This document shows, one piece after another, positions 27,382 through 35,578 of a DNA stretch of 41,929 bases. The position numbers and the translations under genes were made by a program. Location of the stretch: the IMG/VR virus record IMGVR_UViG_3300014613_000623, positions 1 through 41,929 of that record, one strand, 5' to 3'. The notes under the pieces are model-generated. The model was not told where the DNA came from and searched no databases. It saw only the letters and a list, made by a program, of their open reading frames with translations. Each line of letters starts with the position of its first letter. Within the stretch, counting starts at the first letter, position 1. The DNA comes from a virus (Duplodnaviria; Caudoviricetes).

Positions 27382-27977
27382 CGGTAATATACGCGTTTCT
27401 TATTGCACTAGGATTATGGCTCGGAATGAAAACGGATCAGCTACTATTCACGGAAGTAACAACGAACTCAACGCCATACGTCGAAATGATACCGATTGCC
27501 TTCGACGATGAGCCTACGTTTAATCAGAACGCTAGGCAGACGGCATTGAAGGGATACGCAGGCAAGCGTAAGCAATTGGCGGAATTGAAGCGTAAGCAGG
27601 CGTTAAAGGCGAAGCAGGCAAAACGGAAGAGAACGGTAGTCAGCCGGTCGAATAGCGCTGAATCAACGGAATACATTTACGAAGTGACTGCGTACACAGC
27701 CGGTTATGAATCGACTGGCAAACGTCCGGGCGACGCAGGTTACGGTGTCACTTCAAGCGGTGAATACGTAAAGGAAGGCGTTACCGTTGCATGTCCGAAG
27801 TCACTAGCGTTCGGCACTCGGCTACACATTAAAGGCGTTGGATATCGTATTTGCTACGATCGTGGCGGAGATATCGTTAACGGGCGTTTAGACGTGTATA
27901 TAGCGGACTTGGCAAAGGCGCAGAATTTCGGAAGGCAGACGTTGAAAGTACGGATATTACGAAAAGGGGCGGATTGA
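27360..27977 (+). CDS. Membrane-anchored 3D-domain (MltA-like) cell-wall protein
   Basis: VTAY...TSSG...VAC...FGT, DRGG.I...RLDVY; in-frame upstream TM segment implies an ATC start at 27360. Confidence 0.8.
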   Translation: MRNQRKLTVIYAFLIALGLWLGMKTDQLLFTEVTTNSTPYVEMIPIAFDDEPTFNQNARQTALKGYAGKRKQLAELKRKQALKAKQAKRKRTVVSRSNSAESTEYIYEVTAYTAGYESTGKRPGDAGYGVTSSGEYVKEGVTVACPKSLAFGTRLHIKGVGYRICYDRGGDIVNGRLDVYIADLAKAQNFGRQTLKVRILRKGAD

Positions 27978-28403
27978 ATGACGGTTAAAGCGGAGAAGGG
28001 CGATTTGATACGGATTACGGTAGACGTAAATGAACGGATTAAGATAGGTGATATATACGAAGTGGTAAACGTCAATTCAGACGAAACTGCTATTTACGAT
28101 ATGTCCGGGACAATCGCGTATGTATTTGATAATGAATACGTAATACACCGCAAGGCAGGCGAAGAGGACACGGAAGACAACGCAGACAACGTAAATCACC
28201 CGTCGCATTATACGCAAGGTGGCGTTGAGGTTATCGATATTATTGCGCAGATTACACGCGGTTACACCGACGGATTCCATGCGTATTGCGTAGGTAATGC
28301 GCTGAAATACCTCGCTAGAGCGCCGTATAAGCACGCGACTATCGACGAGGACGTGCGAAAGGCAGCGAAGTATATCGAGTTTATTACGGATGATCTAAAC
28401 TAA
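27978..28403 (+). CDS. DUF3310-type protein
   Basis: VNHPSHY, GNALKY..RA..K, ED..KA..Y. Confidence 0.8.
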   Translation: MTVKAEKGDLIRITVDVNERIKIGDIYEVVNVNSDETAIYDMSGTIAYVFDNEYVIHRKAGEEDTEDNADNVNHPSHYTQGGVEVIDIIAQITRGYTDGFHAYCVGNALKYLARAPYKHATIDEDVRKAAKYIEFITDDLN

Positions 28404-28805
28404 CTGCGCCAACCTAAACCCGTCCCAACGCGTGCCATCGTGGTCAATCGGTCCTAAATATTCGAAGCGATACGGTCCATTCGCGCGCTCTAACGCTAGT
28501 TTCGCAAATACCGCTCGTCCATATACGTAGCCGTCGCGGTTAACACGTAAGGAAGCAGCGTTAGCGACCGTGCGTGTGACGTCTTGCTTGACGATGGCGA
28601 TAACCATTTGCGCAGGGTCGACCGCTATATAAACGGGTATGCCTCCGATTCCTTTGATTCCGAGCCGTTGACGGTATTCAGCGGACAGCGCGAGGCGTCC
28701 TTGCTTGTCTAGCGTTAGCCATTCGCCACCACGGCGACCCTGTCCGTTCATGTCGCGCGGTGATATCGGTTGTAGCGTGAATTGTGATGCGGGTTTTTTA
28801 GGCAT
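28395..28805 (-). CDS. Possible AbrB/MraZ-like DNA-binding protein, antisense to the operon
   Basis: LTLDKQGRL.L...YR..LGI; own GGAGG RBS and TTGCAT-18 bp-TATAAT promoter. Confidence 0.55.
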   Translation of the reverse strand: MPKKPASQFTLQPISPRDMNGQGRRGGEWLTLDKQGRLALSAEYRQRLGIKGIGGIPVYIAVDPAQMVIAIVKQDVTRTVANAASLRVNRDGYVYGRAVFAKLALERANGPYRFEYLGPIDHDGTRWDGFRLAQLV

Positions 28806-28953
28806 AGCGGTTGACCTCCGTGAAATAGTTTATAAACGTATTATATCCGAAACCAACGGAATTATGCAAGTGTAACGTAAATTAAACGGAAGTGGGCGTA
28901 GCAACCGGAGGATGCGCGAGTATTTCGGCGTTTGAACGCGAAAAAGACGCCGG

Positions 28954-29187
28954 TTAAGGCGCCTCCGTGTTATCGAATCCGAACATACTGCCGTATTTCA
29001 TGGCCGACACTTGCGTTTTGGTGACGCCTAGCCGTTCGTTTAGGGTATCGCAGTTTTCCGCGTCCCACGGCGAGTTTTCCGGGTGTTGCGTGAAGTAGCC
29101 ACTTTCTCCGCGTTTTAACATTACGAGTTCATTTGTAGCGGTTAATACTGACCAACAATATTCGGGTAACGTTTCGGTGGTTGCCAT
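28954..29187 (-). CDS. Moron: 77-aa hypothetical protein
   Basis: GGAGAG RBS before ATG 29187; LPEYC...KRGESGY...GSMFGF; own promoter and terminator. Confidence 0.7.
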   Translation of the reverse strand: MATTETLPEYCWSVLTATNELVMLKRGESGYFTQHPENSPWDAENCDTLNERLGVTKTQVSAMKYGSMFGFDNTEAP

Positions 29188-29221
29188 AAAAGTATCTCTC
29201 CTTTTTCTTATTTGTAACCAT

Positions 29222-29250
29222 AATATAACACGGTGTAAAACGGAAGTCAA
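29222..29250 (-). promoter_or_regulatory. sigmaA promoter of moron 1
   Basis: Minus strand TTGACT-17 bp-TATATT. Confidence 0.65.
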
Positions 29251-29272
29251 CGGCTAATTAAAAAAAACGGAA

Positions 29273-30055
29273 GTGGGCGATTGTGTGACGAGTTTAGCGA
29301 TTAACGAAATACACGAAGGCGACTGTCTTGAATTGATGAAAGATATTCCGACGGGATCGGTTGATATGATATTATGCGATTTGCCTTATGGGACTACGGA
29401 TATTAAAGGTTGGGATAAATTGATACCTGCCGAAAAGTTATGGGAACAATACAACAGGATTATTAAGGATGATGGGAATATTGTTCTTTTCGGTAGTCAA
29501 CCGTTTACTAGTTATCTGATAGTCAGTAATCCGAAAATGTTCAGATACGAATGGATATGGGATAAAACAAAAGGCGCTAACTTCCTAAACGCAAATCACC
29601 AACCTTTAAAGACGCACGAAAATGTTTTAGTGTTTGCGAAGTTACCGACTAGCCCAAATAGAAAAGGAACGGCAGTTTATAACCCACAAAAAACTGATTT
29701 AGAGAAAAGTTATATATATTCAGATAGCAAAAAAACTAGAAGCCATGCTAACGGAGGTGTTACTAAGGGAGTCGAAAACAAAGAGTTAGTCGGCAAACAC
29801 CCTAAGTCTATCCAGACATTCAAAAAAGACGGTAAGGTGCACCCAACACAAAAACCGGTTAATTTATGCGAATTTCTAATCCGGACTTACACTAAAGAAA
29901 ACGAAGTGGTCCTTGATAACTGCATCGGGTCAGGCACTACGGCCATAGCCGCAATTAACACTAATCGTAACTATATCGGAATAGAACAGGACGTAGGTTA
30001 CGTAGCCATCGCCCGCCAACGTATCGCCGATGCACGCGGAGGTGAACGTACTTGA
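29273..30055 (+). CDS. N4-C/N6-A DNA methyltransferase, beta class (copy 2)
   Basis: DLPY, HPTQKP, DNCIGSGTT; start may be GTG 29285. Confidence 0.9.
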   Translation: MGDCVTSLAINEIHEGDCLELMKDIPTGSVDMILCDLPYGTTDIKGWDKLIPAEKLWEQYNRIIKDDGNIVLFGSQPFTSYLIVSNPKMFRYEWIWDKTKGANFLNANHQPLKTHENVLVFAKLPTSPNRKGTAVYNPQKTDLEKSYIYSDSKKTRSHANGGVTKGVENKELVGKHPKSIQTFKKDGKVHPTQKPVNLCEFLIRTYTKENEVVLDNCIGSGTTAIAAINTNRNYIGIEQDVGYVAIARQRIADARGGERT

Positions 30056-30369
30056 CGCAATTATCCGAAGCTAAAGCAATACTGCGCAACTACCACGCAT
30101 TAAAAGAACGGCGCTACGTCGGCGACACGAACGCCAGTGATACGTTAGTCGACTTTGCTATAGCGGTTGAAAAGGCGTCACTGACGGCTAGGCAGGCGGA
30201 AGCATTACGGCTCGTATACGTAGAGGACTTGACGCAGAAAAGCGCAGGCGAACGGTTAAACGTATCACGCGAAGCCGTGTCACTGATAACGGAGTTTGCG
30301 GTAACGAAGATACAAGCGGTTTACGATAAATGGACGGAGGTCGACGTATATGATACTCAAAGGCGATAA
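30052..30369 (+). CDS. Sigma70 region-4-like HTH protein (late transcription regulator candidate)
   Basis: LT.RQ...L.LVY..DLTQ.....RLNVSREAVS. Confidence 0.7.
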   Translation: MTQLSEAKAILRNYHALKERRYVGDTNASDTLVDFAIAVEKASLTARQAEALRLVYVEDLTQKSAGERLNVSREAVSLITEFAVTKIQAVYDKWTEVDVYDTQRR

Positions 30370-30490
30370 GGTACGCAGTTTAACGACAGGCAAGACGTAT
30401 GTAGTTGCGGATTTTAACGATATATACCGCCACATCGACGCGAGTTATGTAGAAAAGTACCGCCAAAACTTCGAAAAGGTAGGCGATTGA
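30350..30490 (+). CDS. Small hypothetical protein (46 aa)
   Basis: GGAGG RBS; MILKGDKVRSL. Confidence 0.5.
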   Translation: MILKGDKVRSLTTGKTYVVADFNDIYRHIDASYVEKYRQNFEKVGD

Positions 30491-31237
30491 ATGACGAAGA
30501 AACTACTAGGCGAATTAGAATTAAACCGTATATATCAGCGTGATGGGATCGAGGGAATGAAGTTAATACCGGATAAGTCAATTGATATGATTTTATGCGA
30601 CTTACCGTATGGGACTACACGTAATAAGTGGGATTCAATAATCCCGTTCGACGAGTTATGGACGCAATATGAGCGCGTAATAAAAGATAACGGCGCAATT
30701 GTTTTAACCTGCAGTCAACCGTTTACGACCGCGTTAAATCAATCTAATCCGTCATTATACCGATATGAATGGATATGGATTAAAAATAACACTACCGGAT
30801 TCCAATTGGCGAATAAACGTCCGTTAAAGAAACACGAAAATATAAGCGTTTTCTATAAGAAACAACCTACGTATAATCCGCAAGGACTCAAGGAATACGG
30901 AAAAGAGAATCGTCGAGGTTCGACGGGAGAGAATTGGTCGGAAATGAAGTCGGATAGCTACGTTCAAAAGTTTACGAATTACCCTACGCAAATTCTTGAG
31001 TTCGCTTATGATTCCGACAAGTACCACCCAACTCAAAAGCCCGTCGACTTATTCGCGTACTTAATCAAGACATATACGAACGAAGGCGAAACGGTACTCG
31101 ACAACTGCATGGGTAGCGGAACAACAGCGGTAGCAGCCGTTCGCAATAACCGTAATTTCATCGGATTTGAACTCGAAAGGGAATACGTAGAAATCGCTAA
31201 TAAACGCTTGGATAACGAAACGGAGGTCAACGAATGA
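30491..31237 (+). CDS. N4-C/N6-A DNA methyltransferase, beta class (copy 3)
   Basis: DLPY, HPTQKP, DNCMGSGTT. Confidence 0.9.
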   Translation: MTKKLLGELELNRIYQRDGIEGMKLIPDKSIDMILCDLPYGTTRNKWDSIIPFDELWTQYERVIKDNGAIVLTCSQPFTTALNQSNPSLYRYEWIWIKNNTTGFQLANKRPLKKHENISVFYKKQPTYNPQGLKEYGKENRRGSTGENWSEMKSDSYVQKFTNYPTQILEFAYDSDKYHPTQKPVDLFAYLIKTYTNEGETVLDNCMGSGTTAVAAVRNNRNFIGFELEREYVEIANKRLDNETEVNE

Positions 31238-31653
31238 CAACATACGTATTTACAGACGATTACAAGGCGGACTTACACGACCACATAACGCAATTGTTCA
31301 CGTCAGCCAAGACGTTAAATACATCGCGTGCCGAACGCCTACGAGCGTCTGACGATTTAATCGAAGCGTACTTTGAACATACGGAAACAACGCCGGACGG
31401 CAACGCATTAGAACGGTTGGCTACGCTGATATTACGCGATGAGTTAACGGACACCAACCGCATGAAATCGCGTAATACTGAATATCCGATATTAAGCGAC
31501 GATCAATTAGAACGACGCGAGGACGGCGAGGTTAAAGTTGACGACGTATATACGAACAATAACCGCGCTACCGGTAAGAAATCTACGTGGTGGGTCGACG
31601 ATAACGGCGGAATGAGAGGCGGAAAACAGGTTATTCGGGATTATCCGCGCTAA
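31234..31653 (+). CDS. Hypothetical phage protein
   Basis: GGAGG RBS; LERLA.LIL.DELTD...EYPILS..QL.RR. Confidence 0.75.
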   Translation: MTTYVFTDDYKADLHDHITQLFTSAKTLNTSRAERLRASDDLIEAYFEHTETTPDGNALERLATLILRDELTDTNRMKSRNTEYPILSDDQLERREDGEVKVDDVYTNNNRATGKKSTWWVDDNGGMRGGKQVIRDYPR

Positions 31654-31656
31654 TAA

Positions 31657-31694
31657 CTTACGTTTTTCAACGTTTTGTACCTATATAAGTAGGG
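31657..31694 (+). promoter_or_regulatory. Putative phage late promoter (STTAC-N18-CYTATATA)
   Basis: Same motif and spacing recur at 32807-32842. Confidence 0.4.
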
Positions 31695-31728
31695 ACTGGC
31701 GGTAATATTCCGCTATAACAACATAAAC

Positions 31729-31778
31729 AAGCGCGCAAACTCCGTTGTCATGACGGCAAGGCGCGCTTTTATTATTTT
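31729..31778 (+). terminator. Terminator-like hairpin in the leader of the 31800 gene
   Basis: AAGCGCGC...GCGCGCTT plus a T-rich tail; inner stem CCGT/ACGG. Confidence 0.5.
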
Positions 31779-31799
31779 AAATTGACGGAGGCGAAACGA

Positions 31800-31976
31800 A
31801 TGAATAACGATTTCTTTTACTGCTATTCACCGCAACTTAAAGCGCGTTTATTAGACGAAGGCGAACGGTTTATATGCGCTGGATTAAACGAGAGTACCAT
31901 GCGTAAGTTTTGGTTATTTAAGCAGAACGATAAACTTTCCGAGGTACTAGCGGAATGGAGCGCACGACGTAAATAG
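31800..31976 (+). CDS. Small phage protein, DUF5659-like
   Basis: GGAGG RBS; FFYCYS..L...L...G..FI......T...FWLF. Confidence 0.6.
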   Translation: MNNDFFYCYSPQLKARLLDEGERFICAGLNESTMRKFWLFKQNDKLSEVLAEWSARRK

Positions 31977-32017
31977 AACGACTTTAAACAGACAACAGTA
32001 TAAACGGAGGTTTTTAT

Positions 32018-32503
32018 ATGAACGGACAAACGAAAAAAGGCGCGTTACCATTCGAAGTCGAGCGTGGATTTACGCAAGTACCTAATGCAGTTATGCGCCA
32101 TTATCAATATTATCCGAAGTTTAACGGAAGTACGACGAATGTATATGCGTTTCTATTATCGCAGTTTAATAGCGCGTTCGGCTACGCATTTCCTACGCAT
32201 GTTCACGTTGCACAGGCGGTTAACATGACGGAGAAAACGGCGCGAGGACATATACGGTTACTTGAGGAAGTCGGCTTGATAACGGTAGTGGAAAACGGTC
32301 GATTCGGAAACCATACGTATACATTTAATACGCCGATTGAAGTAGCGGAGGAATTCTACGCTAAGTTTCCGCAGGCTGGCGAATGTAAGCGTAAGTCAGA
32401 CGAAACATGGGCGAAGATATTACCGGATAAAATCGCTAGGAAAGCGGAGTTATTAGCGAGTGAGAATACGGAATTAGACGAAGATACGCTTAACTGGCTA
32501 TAA
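32018..32503 (+). CDS. Winged-HTH replication-initiator-like protein
   Basis: FTQVPN, VYAFL, YAFPT, T...HI..LEE.GLI; followed by iteron-like repeats. Confidence 0.75.
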   Translation: MNGQTKKGALPFEVERGFTQVPNAVMRHYQYYPKFNGSTTNVYAFLLSQFNSAFGYAFPTHVHVAQAVNMTEKTARGHIRLLEEVGLITVVENGRFGNHTYTFNTPIEVAEEFYAKFPQAGECKRKSDETWAKILPDKIARKAELLASENTELDEDTLNWL

Positions 32504-32718
32504 CGTCCGGTAATTATTACCGTCACGTCCGGTAGTTTTTACCGTTCGTACCGGTAATTATTACTCCGTATATATACTTACTTACTAATACTTACGTATA
32601 AAGACTTACAATATAGCGTCAGCTAAAGCTAACGCAGATATTATCGTATATATCTGAACGATAGAACTTAAGTGAATACGACAAAGAGATACAACGTCCG
32701 GTAATTATTACCGTTCGT
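32503..32718 (+). repeat. Iteron-like array, AT-rich repeats and conserved palindrome (putative origin 2)
   Basis: 22-bp unit ACGTCCGGTAATTATTACCGTY at 32503, 32525, 32547 (variants) and 32694; ACTTAC x4; GCGTCAGCTAAAGCTAACGC at 32616-32635. Confidence 0.7.
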
Positions 32719-32771
32719 TAATTAATAACCGCTACCATTGCGGAATACTATACGGAGGTGAATAACGGACA

Positions 32772-32867
32772 ATGGCGAAGTTAAACGATAAGCAATACGC
32801 AGCAACGTTACATTACGTTTGTTATCGCTCTTATATAGAAGGAACGCATAATATATCGAGTGCATAG
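32772..32867 (+). pseudogene. 31-codon ORF, possibly the remnant of a small-terminase-type HTH gene
   Basis: GGAGGTG RBS and MAKLNDKQYAA start, then an early stop. Confidence 0.35.
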
Positions 32868-33121
32868 CGTAACGGAACGGTGGACAGCGGTAGTATCGTT
32901 TAATTAGGCGAGCCGTTCACCGCGGACAGCCCGATGAAAACCGGCTACTCTCGTCAAATAGCGTATGCATAGCGTATACATTACGTATGCTCGTGTGTGT
33001 TCGCTTACTAAACGTAAGTGTACGGTATGACTGCGTTGAAGGCGTGTGCATAAACGATGTATATTCGTTAAATTAGTGGCAGTTGCGAAACGTTGATACG
33101 GATAGGGTTCGAGATTAATCT

Positions 33122-33149
33122 AGTTGACATAATGTTAATTATGGGAAGC
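33122..33149 (-). other. dif-like Xer recombination core site
   Basis: Minus strand GCTTCCCATAA-TTAACA-TTATGTCAACT; arms match 8/11 and 10/11 to B. subtilis dif as recalled (ACTTCCTAGAA-TATATA-TTATGTAAACT). Confidence 0.75.
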
Positions 33150-33153
33150 TACG

Positions 33154-33171
33154 ATTGCATAGATATGCAGA
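33154..33171. promoter_or_regulatory. ARG-box-like (ArgR/AhrC) palindrome
   Basis: ATTGCATAGATATGCAGA = TGCAT-N4-ATGCA. Confidence 0.5.
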
Positions 33172-33298
33172 CGGTATTCAAGCGGTCATGTCTGCGAAAA
33201 TGGGGGCGCCATCGGAATTTCAGAGCCGCGTCACCTTACGTCAGCGTTTTTCTTGCAGAAATTTAAACCCGGACACTCAACGGAATACATACGGAATC

Positions 33299-33330
33299 AA
33301 AGCGCTACCCCTTCGGTAGTGCTTTTTATT
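33299..33330 (+). terminator. Rho-independent terminator upstream of terS
   Basis: AAAGCGCTACC-CCTTC-GGTAGTGCTTT-TTATT. Confidence 0.7.
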
Positions 33331-33393
33331 ATGCGCTACTGCCGGACACCAAGCGGTAGCATAACGAATTAAAACGGAACAGGAGGCGATAAC

Positions 33394-33828
33394 ATGGCGA
33401 AATCAAGACGCGATAAACTATCGGAGTCACTTACGGTAGCACAGCAGAAAGCAGCGTATCTTCTATTAGAAAACGAAATGCTTCCGACGGCTGAACAACG
33501 TACGCAGGAACAGATAGCGAAGGAAGTCGGAGTTGACCGTATTTCTTTGTACCGTTGGCGCAAGGAGAATCAAGCGTTCATCGAATTCAAGAAGGAAATC
33601 GCGAAGGATTACCTTTCGGATGCAGTCGGTATATTTGCGAAACAGTTAATACGCTCTATCGAAGGTACTAACGGAGTTCCTTCATCGAAAGCGCTCGATC
33701 TTTACGCGAAGATGATGGGCTTCATCAAGTCGGAACACAGCGTAGAAATTACGCAAGGTGGCGCGAAATCAAACGAACAAATCACGGAAGAACTAGCGGA
33801 ATTAGACGAATTATTAAAAGACGAATAA
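33394..33828 (+). CDS. terS: Terminase small subunit (HTH type)
   Basis: LT..Q.KAA.LL, TQEQIAKEVGV.R.SLYRW; directly upstream of terL. Confidence 0.8.
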   Translation: MAKSRRDKLSESLTVAQQKAAYLLLENEMLPTAEQRTQEQIAKEVGVDRISLYRWRKENQAFIEFKKEIAKDYLSDAVGIFAKQLIRSIEGTNGVPSSKALDLYAKMMGFIKSEHSVEITQGGAKSNEQITEELAELDELLKDE

Positions 33829-33843
33829 GGAGGTGCGCGCTAA

Positions 33844-35553
33844 ATGGCGTATGTAGATGGCGAATGGCTTGCGTTTGAAGCGCGCGCTGAACGTATTGAG
33901 TTACTGACGGAGAAATTCGATAAGCTACGAAAAGGTTTCGAAAAGGGCGTTTTAACTGACGGTCTAAAAGCGGAAATGCTCGATACGGGACGTGAGTTAA
34001 AACGTCTGAAACGTGTGCATCGCGGAGAATATGACGTACTTTACTTTACTTACGAATATTTCAGCGGTGAACGCAATGACGCCAACGTATCGAATTTAAT
34101 ACCGTCGCCTCAAACATTAGAAGGCGCTGCGGACTTCCATAAGGAATTATGCGGACTTCTCGACGAGGTAACGAAGGGGAATATCGATACGCATATCGGT
34201 TGGTCGGTAGGACGTAAGCATGCGAAGACGGCGTATTTAAGTAACGCTTATTTATGTCATCAAATCGTATACCGTCTTCAGCGCTACATTATTGAAGTGT
34301 CGGAAACGACGGACGTAGCGGGCGACTTTATCAAGTGGACGGTTAATCAATTAAAATTTAACGATAAGCTACGTGAGGACTTCGGTTCTTTATTGCATCC
34401 GAAGCCATCTATGAACGAAATCGATAATAAATACGAATTCATAACGTCAACAGGTACGAAGGTAGAAGCGAAGGGTATCGGTACGCAGATGCGCGGACTA
34501 CGCCATCTATCCGACCGCCCCGGACTTTTCATTCTCGACGATTTAGAATCCGGCGACAATACGAATACACCGGAACTACGTGCAAAGAACTTACGGTGGT
34601 TCCGTTCGGAAATGTTAGAGGCATTAGATTTCGGCGGGCGTTGTATCTATATGGGGACGATAGTCCACTACGACAGTCTTTTAAATCACGTTATTACGAA
34701 GCGTAAGGATTTCACGTCGCGTAAGTTTCCGGCTATATTGTCGTGGTCTGAACGCGAAGACTTATGGGACGAATGGCGGAAGTTATATAACGCGGATGAT
34801 CCGAACGCAGTCATTAACGCAGAGGCGTTTTTTAAAACGAATGAAGATGCTATGCTGCGAGGCTCGTCCGTATTATGGGCGGAAAAGTATTCGTATAAGT
34901 ATTTCATGGAAAAACTCGAAGCAATGGGCGCTAGAGCGTTCAATCAAGAGTACCTCGGTAATCCGGTCGACGAGGAATCGCAAGTGTTCAAAGCGGAAGA
35001 CTTCGTTTACTACACGGATAGCGATATTGAAAACGGTGAATTCACATATTACGCTGCCGTCGATTTAGCGATGGGAAAAACACGCGGAGATTACTCGGCA
35101 ATCATTACGCTGGCGAAACGGAACTCAACGGATATTTGCTACGTAGTAGACGCTCATATCGTTAAAGCGAAGCCGGACGAATTCATGAAAGATATCGTAA
35201 GTCGAACTCTTCATTATCAATACGAAGCATTAGCGGTAGAATCGCAGGCTTTCCAAGAATACTTCGCAGACGAATTAGGTAAAGCGTTACAACGCGTAGG
35301 ATATCCCGCAAATACACGCTTAAAGCAAGTTAAACAAAAGATACGCAAGCAATTACGTATTGAATCGTTAGAACCGGACATTAAAGCCGGTCGCATACGT
35401 TTTAAAAAGGATCAACGCTTATTACTCGAAATGCTCGAACTTTATCCGAATCATAATAACGACGATGGACCGGATGCGTTATCAGACGCGTTTAAAATAG
35501 CGAAGTCAAATAACGTTGTTGTTCGGACAGTTAATCGAGGTTCACGATGGTAA
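33844..35553 (+). CDS. terL: Terminase large subunit
   Basis: GRKHAKT, RG, ILDDLE, MGT, F.QEY, AVDLA, ESQAFQ, DDGPDA. Confidence 0.93.
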   Translation: MAYVDGEWLAFEARAERIELLTEKFDKLRKGFEKGVLTDGLKAEMLDTGRELKRLKRVHRGEYDVLYFTYEYFSGERNDANVSNLIPSPQTLEGAADFHKELCGLLDEVTKGNIDTHIGWSVGRKHAKTAYLSNAYLCHQIVYRLQRYIIEVSETTDVAGDFIKWTVNQLKFNDKLREDFGSLLHPKPSMNEIDNKYEFITSTGTKVEAKGIGTQMRGLRHLSDRPGLFILDDLESGDNTNTPELRAKNLRWFRSEMLEALDFGGRCIYMGTIVHYDSLLNHVITKRKDFTSRKFPAILSWSEREDLWDEWRKLYNADDPNAVINAEAFFKTNEDAMLRGSSVLWAEKYSYKYFMEKLEAMGARAFNQEYLGNPVDEESQVFKAEDFVYYTDSDIENGEFTYYAAVDLAMGKTRGDYSAIITLAKRNSTDICYVVDAHIVKAKPDEFMKDIVSRTLHYQYEALAVESQAFQEYFADELGKALQRVGYPANTRLKQVKQKIRKQLRIESLEPDIKAGRIRFKKDQRLLLEMLELYPNHNNDDGPDALSDAFKIAKSNNVVVRTVNRGSRW

Positions 35554-35578
35554 CTAAGAAAACGAAAGGAGGCGCACG

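Noticed and set aside
27993-28000. SpoIIIE recognition sequence GAGAAGGG (also at 41799)
   Set aside because: Only two copies were noticed, both inside coding sequence and on the same strand on either side of the dif-like site, so there is no converging polarity.
32778-32795. 18-bp exact match AAGTTAAACGATAAGCAA to 41144-41161
   Set aside because: Both encode KLNDKQ with the phage's preferred codons and flanking similarity does not continue; chance or codon bias suffices.
15339-35553. Inteins or group I introns in polA, nrdJ or terL
   Set aside because: The ORFs are continuous and of ordinary length, with no splice motifs seen.
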